39,596 nucleotides of DNA, from IMG/VR virus record IMGVR_UViG_3300040971_000006, positions 1 to 39,596 of that record; one strand, given 5' to 3'. The notes beneath the pieces are model-generated. The model was not told the origin of the DNA. It did no database searches and saw nothing but the letters and a program-made list of their open reading frames with translations. The position numbers and the translations under genes were made by a program. This DNA comes from a virus (taxonomy: Duplodnaviria; Caudoviricetes). Of the stretch, positions 15,399 to 25,204 are shown one piece after another; position 1 is the first letter of the stretch, and each line of letters starts with the position of its first letter.

Positions 15399-16411
15399 TG
15401 CAAGTCAATGGAATCGAATTGTCCGAGTTGATTGATGACAAGATTGACAAGTTCGTACCTGTTGTATCAGGTAGAGTTGCGCATATAGACGCTGACTTCA
15501 TCGCGTACCAAGTAGCGTACAAAGAAGACCACACTTGGGAAGAGATGGTCCACAACTTGGAGGTGAGCATTGAAACCCAAAAGAATTTATGTGGCGCGGA
15601 ATACGCAGTACTACACCTCACTGCTTCTGCGTCAAACAAAGGGGGCCGTTACGGGGCTGCTTTACTTCGGGAATATCAGGCTACACGTAAGGACAAAGAG
15701 AAGCCGCCTAAACTTGAAGACGTACGTAGATTCATGCGGGATGAGATGCGTGCGAGGTACTGGAAGGACAGGGAAGCAGATGACGGAATGGCTCAGGCGA
15801 ACATCGAAGCCATCAAGGAAAGCCGCAGGCTCCTGTCTGTTATATGCTCTGCTGATAAAGACCTCCGTATGGTCCCCGGCCTGCACCTCGATCCGAAGTC
15901 GCTGTGCATTGTAGATGCTGATGCCTTCGGCTCAATTTGGTTAGACGACACAGGTAGTAGCAAGAAGGTGCTGGGATGGGGTACTAAGTTCTTCTGGGCG
16001 CAGATGCTCATGGGAGATACGGCTGACAACATTAGCGGCCTTCCTGCTGTTTGTCCGCCTGTGCTGAACATGATTAAGCCCACTACACAGACGATCCAGT
16101 GGGATCAGAAGGCACAGGATGGATGTAAGAAGTCTGCTGAGAAGCTGAGTACCCGTAAGCCTGCTAAGTGCGGCCCTGTAATGACGGCTGACCTGTTGCA
16201 GCACTGCCGCACAGACAAAGAGTGCTTCAACGCTGTGTGGACTCTGTACAAGTTGTACGCAGACAAGGTTGGATTCGTCAGCTACAAAGGCGCACCTGTT
16301 ACAGCCAAGCAAGCCTTCATATCAGAGGGTCAGTTGTTGTGGATGCAGCGCAATCCCGGTATAAACGACTTCATTAACTTCCTCAAGACGGAGGTACTGT
16401 GCGCAGGTTAA
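15398..16411 (+). CDS. 5'-3' exonuclease (T7 gp6 / phiKMV-type)
   Basis: HIDADF.AY, EADD, SADKDL, QMLMGDTADNI.G. Confidence 0.9.
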   Translation: MQVNGIELSELIDDKIDKFVPVVSGRVAHIDADFIAYQVAYKEDHTWEEMVHNLEVSIETQKNLCGAEYAVLHLTASASNKGGRYGAALLREYQATRKDKEKPPKLEDVRRFMRDEMRARYWKDREADDGMAQANIEAIKESRRLLSVICSADKDLRMVPGLHLDPKSLCIVDADAFGSIWLDDTGSSKKVLGWGTKFFWAQMLMGDTADNISGLPAVCPPVLNMIKPTTQTIQWDQKAQDGCKKSAEKLSTRKPAKCGPVMTADLLQHCRTDKECFNAVWTLYKLYADKVGFVSYKGAPVTAKQAFISEGQLLWMQRNPGINDFINFLKTEVLCAG

Positions 16412-16809
16412 AGCCTAAGGATGTACCGGGGATTAAGGCTATCCTCAAGAAGAAGCAAGGGAATAAGTGCTTGCTATGTAGACGCAGCTTTGATGACATA
16501 CCTGACAAGGACGCAGTACTAGACCATGACCATAGAACGGGTTGTGTCCGTGGTGTACTCTGCCGGAACTGCAACGGCATGGAAGGTAAGATATGGAACA
16601 GGGCAAACCGGGCCAAGCAGGGCATGACTGTAATTGAGTGGACTACTAGGCTGGTCAAGTACTGGGAGCTGTACTGCACAGACCAGACTGGCCTGCTGCA
16701 CCCAACACATAAGACCGAGGCAGAGAAGAAAGCTGCTGTAGCTACTAAGGCAAGACTGCGGAGGGCGCAGGCTAAAGCAAGTACAACTGTTAAGGGGAAA
16801 AGTAAATGA
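16399..16809 (+). CDS. Endonuclease VII-like Holliday junction resolvase
   Basis: QG.KC.LC, DHDH.TG.VRG.LC..CN..EG. Confidence 0.92.
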   Translation: MRRLKPKDVPGIKAILKKKQGNKCLLCRRSFDDIPDKDAVLDHDHRTGCVRGVLCRNCNGMEGKIWNRANRAKQGMTVIEWTTRLVKYWELYCTDQTGLLHPTHKTEAEKKAAVATKARLRRAQAKASTTVKGKSK

Positions 16810-19217
16810 TGTTACGGCAGATAGAGCTGGAAGAAAAGATGGTACAGTCTGGTATAGAGCGTGCACATAAGTCAGCCGAAGCTGCCGAGAAACATGGTAG
16901 GGCACATACGACTGTGTATGCTAGACGTATGATTAAAGCTGTCATTGAACCTCTTACTGAAGCTATCCAGAATTGGCACGATAATGCTCCGCTTGTTGGG
17001 CATGGTGCTAAACTTGTGCGGCTGATGCGTCAGGTTCCAGCAGAGCAGTCTGCACTTATTACAATCAGTGAAGTTATGAAGCACCTGCGTCAGGCTGACA
17101 GCGTGGGTGTTGACAATACGGTTATCAAATGGGGCACGGCTATTGGGCGTATGCTTGAGGACGAGGCTAGGTTCTCTGCCTTCAAGCGTACGCATGCTGA
17201 CTACATGCACGCAGTGATGCAGGACTTCAAGAAGCGTGGGACTACGAACTACAGGTACATGCACAGGGTACTGACGCACGCAGCTAACAAGCTGGGTCAA
17301 ACATGGCTGTCTTGGTGCCAGCAGGAGAGGGCACAGATTGGTGTATGCCTGCTGCGCCTGTGTCAAGAGAGTACTGGTATCTTCACCTTCGACAAGATCG
17401 TGGTTGGACGTAGGCAGCTCTGGGTTATCAAGCCTACTGAAGACTTCGTGCAGTGGAGTACCGATTGTGTAGATGCTATGGGTACTATCTGCCCTGTGGC
17501 CCTGCCCTGCTTGGTTGAACCCGATGAGTGGATCAGTAACGACTCTGGCGGGTATTGGACTCCTAAGCTCCGGGTACGTTATCAGTTCGTCAAGCTGAAC
17601 AACAGAGGGCACAAGATCAAGCCGTTCGAGCCGGGACTTGCCCTACCTATGCGTGCTGTTAACGCAATTCAGAGCACACCATGGCGAGTGAATCCTAATG
17701 TTAAGCCTGTGCTGGTAGAGGTGTGGAGTAAGGGACTGGGCTGCGGCCTGCCCTTGAATAGACCTCTGGATATTCCTAAGTGTCCTATTGTGGGCAAGGA
17801 GAAGGAGGACTTCACAGAGGACGAGATGGAGATATTCCAGAGGTGGAAGCATGAAGCTGCACAGATGCATATTGCCGAGAAGGAGCGTATCAGCAAGAGC
17901 TTTCAGGTAGCTAGCACCATGCAGCTTGCCTCCGAGTTCTGCAACGAAGATCGTATTTACTTCCCATTCCAGACTGATACAAGAGGACGCATGTACGCTA
18001 TTCCTAGTGGTATGTCTCCGCAGGGGCCAAACTTTGGTAAAGGCCTGCTGGAGTTTGCAGAGGGTAGGCCGCTGGGTGCTGGTGTGGACTGGTGGCTGGT
18101 GCATGGTGCGAATGTACTTGGTAAGGACAAGATCAGCTACACAGCCAGGGCGCAGTACATGCGGGATAACTTGGATGAGTTCATCCGTGTAGCTAATGAC
18201 CCTATTGGTACTAGAGAAGTATGGGGTAACGCAGATAAGCCTTGGCAGTTCCTTGCATGGTGCTTTGAAGCTCGTGGATTCTCGCACGAGGGAGAGTCCT
18301 TTGTATCTCATCTGCCAGTAGCTCTGGACGGATCGTGTAACGGGTTGCAGCATTTCAGTGCTATGCTTCGTGACCCTATCGGCGGTAAAGCTACCAACCT
18401 TGTAGATGCAGAGCTGCCTGCGGACATATACAAGGCAGTAGCTGATGTATGCATAGCTAAGCTAATGCTTGAAGACGATCCTCTTGCTAAGCGATGGTTG
18501 CAGTTCGGTATTGATCGTAGCCTGTGCAAGAAGCCTGTTATGACTATGCCTTATGGTAGCACAAGACAGGCGTGCATGCAGTCAGTGTACTCTTGTATCA
18601 TGGATAAGGACAAGGAGTTCTTCCCGAAGGCGTTCAAAGCTGCTGTGTATCTGACTAAGTTCATCTGGGATAGTATTGGCGAGGTAGTTGTAGCGGCTAG
18701 AACTGCTATGGATTGGCTGCGTAAGGCAGCGGGTACAGTGAGCAAGCATGGACATCCGCTGATCTGGACTGCCCCTAGTGGGTTCAGAGTCAAGCAGTTG
18801 TACAGCAACACAGTTATACGCAGGATCGAGACTACGCTGGGTGGTTGTCCTGTTGCTTTGAATGTAGCAGACAAGCCTATTGGAATTAGTGCGTACAGAA
18901 TGCGCAATGGTGCATCTCCGAACTTTGTGCATAGTATGGATGCTGCGCATCTGGTACTCACAGTGAACGCTGCTAAGGATCATGGCATACAGAACTTCGC
19001 TTGCATACACGATGACTTCGGTACGCATGCCTGTGACACTCCTGACTTCTTCCGTATCATTCGCGAGGAGTTCGTAAGCATGTACGAGAAGCATGATCCA
19101 CTTGAGGAGATGCGTGCTAGTGTCAAGGGGTATGCCGATATAGACCTGCCCGAAGTGCCGGTGCACGGTACACTAGATATTCGGGGTGTTTTGGAAAGCA
19201 AGTACTTTTTTGGTTAA
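16806..19217 (+). CDS. Single-subunit T7-like DNA-dependent RNA polymerase
   Basis: D.RGR.Y, DGSCNGLQH, R...KKPVMT.PYG, PNFVHSMDA, HDDF, C-terminal YFFG. Confidence 0.97.
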   Translation: MMLRQIELEEKMVQSGIERAHKSAEAAEKHGRAHTTVYARRMIKAVIEPLTEAIQNWHDNAPLVGHGAKLVRLMRQVPAEQSALITISEVMKHLRQADSVGVDNTVIKWGTAIGRMLEDEARFSAFKRTHADYMHAVMQDFKKRGTTNYRYMHRVLTHAANKLGQTWLSWCQQERAQIGVCLLRLCQESTGIFTFDKIVVGRRQLWVIKPTEDFVQWSTDCVDAMGTICPVALPCLVEPDEWISNDSGGYWTPKLRVRYQFVKLNNRGHKIKPFEPGLALPMRAVNAIQSTPWRVNPNVKPVLVEVWSKGLGCGLPLNRPLDIPKCPIVGKEKEDFTEDEMEIFQRWKHEAAQMHIAEKERISKSFQVASTMQLASEFCNEDRIYFPFQTDTRGRMYAIPSGMSPQGPNFGKGLLEFAEGRPLGAGVDWWLVHGANVLGKDKISYTARAQYMRDNLDEFIRVANDPIGTREVWGNADKPWQFLAWCFEARGFSHEGESFVSHLPVALDGSCNGLQHFSAMLRDPIGGKATNLVDAELPADIYKAVADVCIAKLMLEDDPLAKRWLQFGIDRSLCKKPVMTMPYGSTRQACMQSVYSCIMDKDKEFFPKAFKAAVYLTKFIWDSIGEVVVAARTAMDWLRKAAGTVSKHGHPLIWTAPSGFRVKQLYSNTVIRRIETTLGGCPVALNVADKPIGISAYRMRNGASPNFVHSMDAAHLVLTVNAAKDHGIQNFACIHDDFGTHACDTPDFFRIIREEFVSMYEKHDPLEEMRASVKGYADIDLPEVPVHGTLDIRGVLESKYFFG

Positions 19218-19223
19218 GTCCAC

Positions 19224-19270
19224 TGTTAGCACTTCCTTATTAGAAACTAAATCTGTAAGGAAGTGCAACA
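19224..19270 (+). promoter_or_regulatory. Hairpin sequestering the SD of the first late gene
   Basis: GCACTTCCTTA (19229-19239) pairs perfectly with TAAGGAAGTGC (19256-19266), extended by TGTT/AACA up to the A of ATG 19270. Confidence 0.7.
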
Positions 19271-19455
19271 TGGCAAATGAATTTAAAGATGTACCAGAGC
19301 AGGTATGCTTAGCATTACTTGAGCAGGCGCATAACACAGGTGGTACTCTGCCACCAGCCTTGGTAGAAAGGCTTGGAGAATTGAGTACGGAGGTAGACGA
19401 TGGAAGAGAGTTTGATCCGAGTATCTTCAAAGATGCAGGCAGTCCACAGTCCTAG
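19270..19455 (+). CDS. Hypothetical protein
   Basis: TAAGGA SD before ATG 19270. Confidence 0.6.
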   Translation: MANEFKDVPEQVCLALLEQAHNTGGTLPPALVERLGELSTEVDDGREFDPSIFKDAGSPQS

Positions 19456-19696
19456 AATGTCGCAAGAGTTCTATGATAAGTTAATGCAAACCTTTAAGCA
19501 AATTGATATCAAGCCTAGTACAACTATGCAGGATATTCAGTTCAATGCCGGTCAGCAGGCAGTACTCAAGTGGGTGCAGTTCCAGCTTACTGGTAAGTAT
19601 GGCGTGCAGTACGTTGAGGATGTGTCTAAGCCTAGTATAGGAACTCGTATTGGTTTGTTTTTCAGGAGGGTGTATGATAAGATTCGCAACTTCTAA
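19400..19696 (+). CDS. Small hypothetical protein at the start of the late block
   Basis: GGAGG SD; positional equivalent of small post-RNAP genes in Autographiviridae. Confidence 0.65.
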   Translation: MEESLIRVSSKMQAVHSPRMSQEFYDKLMQTFKQIDIKPSTTMQDIQFNAGQQAVLKWVQFQLTGKYGVQYVEDVSKPSIGTRIGLFFRRVYDKIRNF

Positions 19697-20105
19697 TGAT
19701 GTACCGACTTTGGTGCAGCTATTGCATAAATTCTGTGAAGCTCCTCCGTATAACACTCGTGCTTATGATCCTGAGTGGATACAGGCAAATCTTGAAGCAG
19801 CCCTAGCCAGTGAGGTGTTTGATGTCGTCATTTGTGAAGACGACGGTGTATGGCTGGGCGCGGCCTGCGCTAGTCAGCAGCCAACACTGCTATGCCCCGA
19901 GTGGGAATATCACGAGCACTTTGTTGTGGCTCTGCATCCAAGCGCAACACGTAGTCTAGTTAGATGGCTCATGAAACGAGGCAAAGAACGGGAGTGCTTT
20001 AGGACAGTGATCGGCAGCACAACCATGAACGATAGATACGAGCGTCTGGTACAGGTAGCTGGAGAGCTAAAGCCTTATGGCAAAACCTTTGTGAAGGAGA
20101 ACTAG
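19674..20105 (+). CDS. GNAT-family acetyltransferase
   Basis: MIRFAT..DVP.L GNAT N-terminus; size and position match the phiKMV-like GNAT gene; AGGAGG SD. Confidence 0.75.
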   Translation: MIRFATSNDVPTLVQLLHKFCEAPPYNTRAYDPEWIQANLEAALASEVFDVVICEDDGVWLGAACASQQPTLLCPEWEYHEHFVVALHPSATRSLVRWLMKRGKERECFRTVIGSTTMNDRYERLVQVAGELKPYGKTFVKEN

Positions 20106-20106
20106 T

Positions 20107-20787
20107 ATGTGCGGTGGAAGAGACTCTGATGGTCCGGGCAGCACAGGCGGGCGTGGTAGTGGCTTTGGTGGTGTTGGGAGTAGCGTCGGCGGTGGCTTCG
20201 GAATGAGTAGTGTAGCCGGGAACACTGCTGCCGGAGTAGGTGGTGGTGGCTTTGGTGGTGGGCGTGGAGGAAAGTCCAGTAGCGGCAAAGGTGAAAGTAG
20301 TACACCACAAGGACTACGTAGTATTGAAGATGCAATGCGTGGTCTTAACATAGCCGGTCCTCAGTTGTCACGTGCGCGTGACAATGCAGCCCTCACTGTC
20401 ATGTCGTATGGACTGACGGCGGCAGGACTAGCTACTGGATTTCCGGGATTCACAGCAGCAGCTAAGATGGCTACATTGGCGCGGGATTACGCACGGAGTT
20501 TTGCTTCTCGTACTCCGATGGAGAAGGCTGCGGAGGCGCTAGGTATGGGTTCACCACAGCGTGATGGTGACGCTGGCATATCCAGCGGCCTTAGTGGTAT
20601 CCCCAAAGCACGCGCTAAACCTGCTGCTAAAGCCCCAGCAAAAGCTGCTGCATCTGGAAACACTGGATCAGGACAGTCTGGTGCTACAGTAATCATGGGG
20701 GCAGATAAGACACGCACCGGGGCAGGTGCTGGCGGCAGGACTAGAGGTTCTGTTCGTGGGTTCGGCTCTGGTGGATTAAAACTATAA
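20107..20787 (+). CDS. Gly/Ser-rich putative virion protein (MCGG start), paralogue A
   Basis: AAGGAG SD; low complexity; C-terminus GSVRGFGSGGLKL. Confidence 0.7.
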   Translation: MCGGRDSDGPGSTGGRGSGFGGVGSSVGGGFGMSSVAGNTAAGVGGGGFGGGRGGKSSSGKGESSTPQGLRSIEDAMRGLNIAGPQLSRARDNAALTVMSYGLTAAGLATGFPGFTAAAKMATLARDYARSFASRTPMEKAAEALGMGSPQRDGDAGISSGLSGIPKARAKPAAKAPAKAAASGNTGSGQSGATVIMGADKTRTGAGAGGRTRGSVRGFGSGGLKL

Positions 20788-20797
20788 GGAGGCTGCT

Positions 20798-21160
20798 ATG
20801 TGTGGTGGCGGCGGTGGCGGAGGAGGGTGGGGTGGTATAGCTGGTGCTGTTGTTGGTGGTCTTGTTGGATACCTAGGTGGTGGTGGAGTGACTGGTGCAT
20901 TCACAGGACTCACTGCTGGTGCTGGTGTTGGTAGCGCTATAGGTAACGCTATAGACCCAGCGGAGACTCCAGAGATAGACATGCCGATTCTCGATATTAA
21001 AGGGCCAGCCTCATCCAACATGGGCACTGGTGAAACAGGTGCTCTGGTAGAGCTTGGGTCAGATTCTGTAAAGAACCAACGGCTAAGTTCAAAAGGCACT
21101 GGTAGTCAGGCAAGCGGGTCTTCTGTCGCGGGTCTGGGTGCAGGAGGTTTACGCATTTGA
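20798..21160 (+). CDS. Gly-zipper putative virion protein (MCGG start), paralogue B; positional equivalent of T7 gp6.7/7.3
   Basis: TAAGGAGG SD; GxxxG repeats; C-terminus SSVAGLGAGGLRI; directly precedes the portal. Confidence 0.75.
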   Translation: MCGGGGGGGGWGGIAGAVVGGLVGYLGGGGVTGAFTGLTAGAGVGSAIGNAIDPAETPEIDMPILDIKGPASSNMGTGETGALVELGSDSVKNQRLSSKGTGSQASGSSVAGLGAGGLRI

Positions 21161-22695
21161 TTGCACCTACAAAGAAAGCAAATACTATACAGGACAGGTG
21201 GACGCAGCTTGATGCAGAGCGTACTGGTATCCTTACCAGATGCGAACAGTACAGCGAGTGGACTCTCCCGTGGGTACTGCCCCCGTCTGGAACTGTACCT
21301 ACAGAGGTGCTTCCTAAGTCGGGTGGTAGCATTGGCGCGAGATGCGTCAATCATTTATCGAATCATATAGTGCAGGTTTTATTCCCTGCGAATAGAGCGT
21401 TCTTCAGATCACAGCCGGGGAAGGAGACTAAAGCTGCTGCTCAAGCTGCTGGTATGCAAGAGTCCGATCTTGATCTGATCTTGGCTGGTATCGAGCGCAC
21501 CAGTATGCTTAGTACGAACATAGCCACGCACAGAAGCAAGGCTGTGGACTTGGCTAAGCATCTTATCATCCTTGGAAATGCACTCCCGTACTACTACAGG
21601 GACGCACAGGGTCTGCTTAAGGTTACTGTGTACAACTACAGAGACTACGTGGTTAAGCGCAAGTGGGATGGTGGTGTCCTTGAATTGATTACTCGTGATA
21701 AGAAGCAGCTCAGCTCGTTCAACGCAGATGCTCAGGCTGTTATCAAAGCAGCTAAGCCGGGCACTACTGATGAGCAGGAATGCACACTGTACACGTACGT
21801 CAAGTGGGATACGGCTATCAGGAAGTACAGGGTTACTCAGGCAGCAGATCAGGTAGACCTGAAGCTGGCGGAGGAAGTACTGTACCCAGAGAAGCTGCTC
21901 CCTTGGATTCCTCTGACGTGGCATAGAAAGCACGGCGAGGATTACGGGCGTGGTCTTGTAGAAGATTACGAGATGACATTCAACTCGCATGCAGAACTTA
22001 CTCTTGCGTATAATCAGCTTATTGCTATCATGTCTGATATCAAGCGGTTCGTTAATCCGCAGAGTGTTGTTGACGTAGAAGAGCTGGAGAACTCCGAGCC
22101 CGGTTCGTATCATCCGGCAGCGCAAGGTGATGTGTGGACTCCTGATATGGGTAAGGCTTTCGACCTTCAGGCTGTTAACATGCGTGTGCGGGAGCTTGAG
22201 CAGGAGTTGGGTGCAGCTTTCATGCTGAGCACAGCTACCACTAGGCAGGCCGAGCGTGTTACTGCTGAAGAGATCAAGATGCAGATTGCAGAGCTTGAGA
22301 CTTCGCATGGCGGTATCTACAGCAAGTTAGCTGATGAATGGCAGACCCCACTTGCACACATCATCTTGAATATGGAGGGTATCAGCCCTGAGCATGATAT
22401 CACACCGTTCATTATTACTGGTATGGATGCGCTGTCCCGGTCTGCTGAGTCCGAAGCCGTGTACCTTGTGTTCCAAGACTTGAGCGTTACGCAACAGCTA
22501 GGTTCGTGGGGCCGTTGGCTCGATGAAGATAAATACCTGAGTACAGCTTGCACGAACCGTGGTGTAGATAAGACGAAGTTCTTCAAGGATAAGCAGATAG
22601 TGCAGAAGGAAGATCAGGCACGTATGCAGGCTGAACAGCAGGCCATGCAGCAAGAGGCACAGACCAAATTACAAGCTGAAGCTATGAAACAATAA
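21157..22695 (+). CDS. Head-tail connector (portal)
   Basis: 512 aa; GARCVNHLS..LFP..FF, GEDYGRGLVE, AERVTAEEI. Confidence 0.95.
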   Translation: MIAPTKKANTIQDRWTQLDAERTGILTRCEQYSEWTLPWVLPPSGTVPTEVLPKSGGSIGARCVNHLSNHIVQVLFPANRAFFRSQPGKETKAAAQAAGMQESDLDLILAGIERTSMLSTNIATHRSKAVDLAKHLIILGNALPYYYRDAQGLLKVTVYNYRDYVVKRKWDGGVLELITRDKKQLSSFNADAQAVIKAAKPGTTDEQECTLYTYVKWDTAIRKYRVTQAADQVDLKLAEEVLYPEKLLPWIPLTWHRKHGEDYGRGLVEDYEMTFNSHAELTLAYNQLIAIMSDIKRFVNPQSVVDVEELENSEPGSYHPAAQGDVWTPDMGKAFDLQAVNMRVRELEQELGAAFMLSTATTRQAERVTAEEIKMQIAELETSHGGIYSKLADEWQTPLAHIILNMEGISPEHDITPFIITGMDALSRSAESEAVYLVFQDLSVTQQLGSWGRWLDEDKYLSTACTNRGVDKTKFFKDKQIVQKEDQARMQAEQQAMQQEAQTKLQAEAMKQ

Positions 22696-22704
22696 GAGGA
22701 TACA

Positions 22705-23517
22705 ATGTCAGATACACCGACCCCGGTGACGGCTCCTGCCGCCCCGGTTGACCCAATGGTAGCCCCGGCTACTCCCGCCGCTCCTGCGGCTGAACAGACC
22801 CCTGCTCATGCGGCCCCTGCTGCTCCCGTTGCTCCTGTCGCACCAGTAGCCCCGGTTGCACCCGCGACGGCTCCTGTGCCGCCTGCTGAGCCTGTGGCCC
22901 CTACTGCTGAACCAGCTCCGGCTGACGTTTACCAGCCCCAGCACGCCGACCCACGTGTACAGGGTGTGGAAAGCATGCTGGCAGAGAAGGGACTCAGCAC
23001 CGCGCAGGTGCAGGAGCTATTCGCTAAAGCGTTCGAGACGCAGGACGTCAAGGACGTGGATCAGGCTAAGCTCAAAGAGTACCTTGGAGAGGCTGGTGCT
23101 AAGCTCGCTATGCAGAGCCTTGAGGCTTTCAGTGCAGATGTAGCACGAGCAGCTAAGACCCTGTACGATACTGCTGTTAATCTGGTTGGCGGAGAAGATG
23201 CGTACAAACAGTTCTCTGAGTGGGTAGCCACTAGCACCAGTGACGCAGAGGTGCAGGAGCTTCGTGCTGCTGTAGCTAATGGTGGCAAGGTGGCGTACCT
23301 TGCTCTGAATGAACTGAATAACATGTGGCGTACAAAGAGCCAGCATGCTGTAGGAACAGGAGCGCTGCTCACCCCGGATAGCGGAAACGCAGCTCCTAGT
23401 GTACAACCTTTCAGCAATCGTAGAGAGTACGTGAACGCCATGAAGGAAGCACACAAGTCGCGGGATGCTGGAAAGATTGCTGCTATACAGGCGCGCTTCG
23501 CAGCTAAGCCTGTGTAA
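22705..23517 (+). CDS. Capsid scaffolding protein
   Basis: Lies between portal and capsid; Pro/Ala-rich N-terminus; VGGEDAY...W motif. Confidence 0.85.
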   Translation: MSDTPTPVTAPAAPVDPMVAPATPAAPAAEQTPAHAAPAAPVAPVAPVAPVAPATAPVPPAEPVAPTAEPAPADVYQPQHADPRVQGVESMLAEKGLSTAQVQELFAKAFETQDVKDVDQAKLKEYLGEAGAKLAMQSLEAFSADVARAAKTLYDTAVNLVGGEDAYKQFSEWVATSTSDAEVQELRAAVANGGKVAYLALNELNNMWRTKSQHAVGTGALLTPDSGNAAPSVQPFSNRREYVNAMKEAHKSRDAGKIAAIQARFAAKPV

Positions 23518-23599
23518 AGACACCCGTTAGATGAAAGCATATAGTGTGCTAAGAAGTCAACAAGCGCGATGAGCGCGTTAAACATTAAAGGAGAGTAAG

Positions 23600-24544
23600 A
23601 TGGCTGATCAGGTTTCCGATCTTTTGCGCGCTCAGATGATCGCGGAGTACGGTGGTGAAGTAGAGAACCAGTTCGCTAAGTCCAGCGTCATGCGTGGGTA
23701 TGTCAATATCCGCACGCTGACTGGTACTGACACGCTGGTTAATCGCCGGGCAGGTCGTACGACTTTGCAGGCTGTTAATGATGGTAACAAGAACACTCGC
23801 CCGTCCAGCACGGCTACTGAGTTCGGTAAGGTGCAGGTCACTGTTGACACTGTGATCCTTGCGCGGGACAAGCGTACCCTGTTGAACGAGTTCCAGACGG
23901 ACTTCGATGCTCGCATGGAGCTGGCGCAGGATCATGGCAAGGAGATGGGTAAGTTCTTCGATGAGTCTTTCCTGATCCAGTGCATCAAGGGTGCTCAGCT
24001 TACCGAGGCTGTGCCGCTGAACGGTGCGTTTGGTAATGGGCAGAACATTACGCTTGGGGCTATTGGCGACGAGCTGGACCCGACCAAGCTGGTCAAGGGT
24101 ATTCGTTCGCTTATCACGAACTTCGCTGAGCGTGACGTTGAGCGCAACGAGCTGATGGTGTGGGTTCGTCCTTCTGAGTTCCAGACTCTGATGGATGCTG
24201 ACAAGCTTATCAACACCGACTACAGCGCCAGCAATGGTGACTACGCTGCTGGTCGTCTGGCTATGATTGAGGGTTGCCGCATCGTCGAGACTACTCGTAT
24301 TCCTACTGCGGCTAATGCTGCGCATCTGCTTGGTGCGAACTACAACGTGACCCTTGATGATGCTAAGGCTGTTGCAGTTGTCATGCACCCGCGCTCCTTG
24401 CTTGCTGCGGAGACTATCCCGATGACCCCGGATATCTGGTACAACAAGGAAGAGTTGTGTTGGTTCATCCAGAACCTTATGGCTTACGGCGTTACCGTGA
24501 ACCGTGCCGACCTGTGTGGTGCGCTGTTCAAGACGACTGCTTAA
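23600..24544 (+). CDS. Major capsid protein
   Basis: EYGGEVE..F, VTVDT, G.E....FDE, LIN.DY motifs; strongly biased codon usage; followed by a terminator. Confidence 0.93.
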   Translation: MADQVSDLLRAQMIAEYGGEVENQFAKSSVMRGYVNIRTLTGTDTLVNRRAGRTTLQAVNDGNKNTRPSSTATEFGKVQVTVDTVILARDKRTLLNEFQTDFDARMELAQDHGKEMGKFFDESFLIQCIKGAQLTEAVPLNGAFGNGQNITLGAIGDELDPTKLVKGIRSLITNFAERDVERNELMVWVRPSEFQTLMDADKLINTDYSASNGDYAAGRLAMIEGCRIVETTRIPTAANAAHLLGANYNVTLDDAKAVAVVMHPRSLLAAETIPMTPDIWYNKEELCWFIQNLMAYGVTVNRADLCGALFKTTA

Positions 24545-24569
24545 GTTTCTGTGTTGCATTAGAGTTGCT

Positions 24570-24601
24570 ACCCCTGCGCCATCCGGCGTGGGGGTTTTTT
24601 T
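24570..24601 (+). terminator. Intrinsic terminator after the capsid gene (T-phi equivalent)
   Basis: ACCCCTGCGCC-ATCC-GGCGTGGGGGT stem followed by a T-run. Confidence 0.9.
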
Positions 24602-24622
24602 CGTCCTACAGACGGAGGTAAT

Positions 24623-25204
24623 ATGGGAGTTGAATTAGACATTATTAACAGCATGCTTGCTGGGGTAGGGGAGTCCGCTGTAACAAGCGCGGAGTCTCTG
24701 CATCCATCTTGTGTTGCTGCTAAAGCTGTCCTCCGTAGAGTCAACAAAGCTATACAGGGCAGGGGTTGGTATTTTAATACAGAACTAGAGCAGGTGTTGC
24801 AGCCGAACTCAGTCAAGGAGATTCTTGTCCCAGATGGTACGCTGAGTATTCAGGCTACCGAGGAAGACATTGATGTTGTACAGAGAGGCCGCGTGCTGTA
24901 CGATATAAAGAATCGTACTACGGAGTTCGATAAGGCAGTATCTGTGCGCAGAATCGCTAAAGTAGATTTCGATTACTTGCCTCCACAAGCTGCTGAGTTC
25001 ATCAGGGCTAAAGCTGTGTACGAGTTCTTCCTTGAGGAGGATGGTGAGGGTACTAAGACTCAGGCCCTTGCCCAATCAGTAGCCGAGGCGCACATGCATC
25101 TGAAGGCCGAACATATTAAGTGGCAGAAGACGAATAGCCTGCGATCGCCTAGAGCGCTGCGGGTTATGTTCACAAGAAGTGCAAGCCGAGGGAGGCGTTT
25201 CTAA
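24623..25204 (+). CDS. Tail tubular protein A
   Basis: ELDIIN.ML..VGE, Q.RGW.FN, D.VQRG..LYD, FD.LP. Confidence 0.93.
   Translation: MGVELDIINSMLAGVGESAVTSAESLHPSCVAAKAVLRRVNKAIQGRGWYFNTELEQVLQPNSVKEILVPDGTLSIQATEEDIDVVQRGRVLYDIKNRTTEFDKAVSVRRIAKVDFDYLPPQAAEFIRAKAVYEFFLEEDGEGTKTQALAQSVAEAHMHLKAEHIKWQKTNSLRSPRALRVMFTRSASRGRRF

Noticed and set aside
22720-22925. Pro/Ala (APV) repeats in the scaffold gene
   Set aside because: Degenerate at DNA level; a disordered N-terminus is ordinary for scaffolding proteins
24520-24570. T7-style capsid frameshift extension
   Set aside because: No slippery sequence seen at the capsid 3' end, and a terminator follows within about 25 nt
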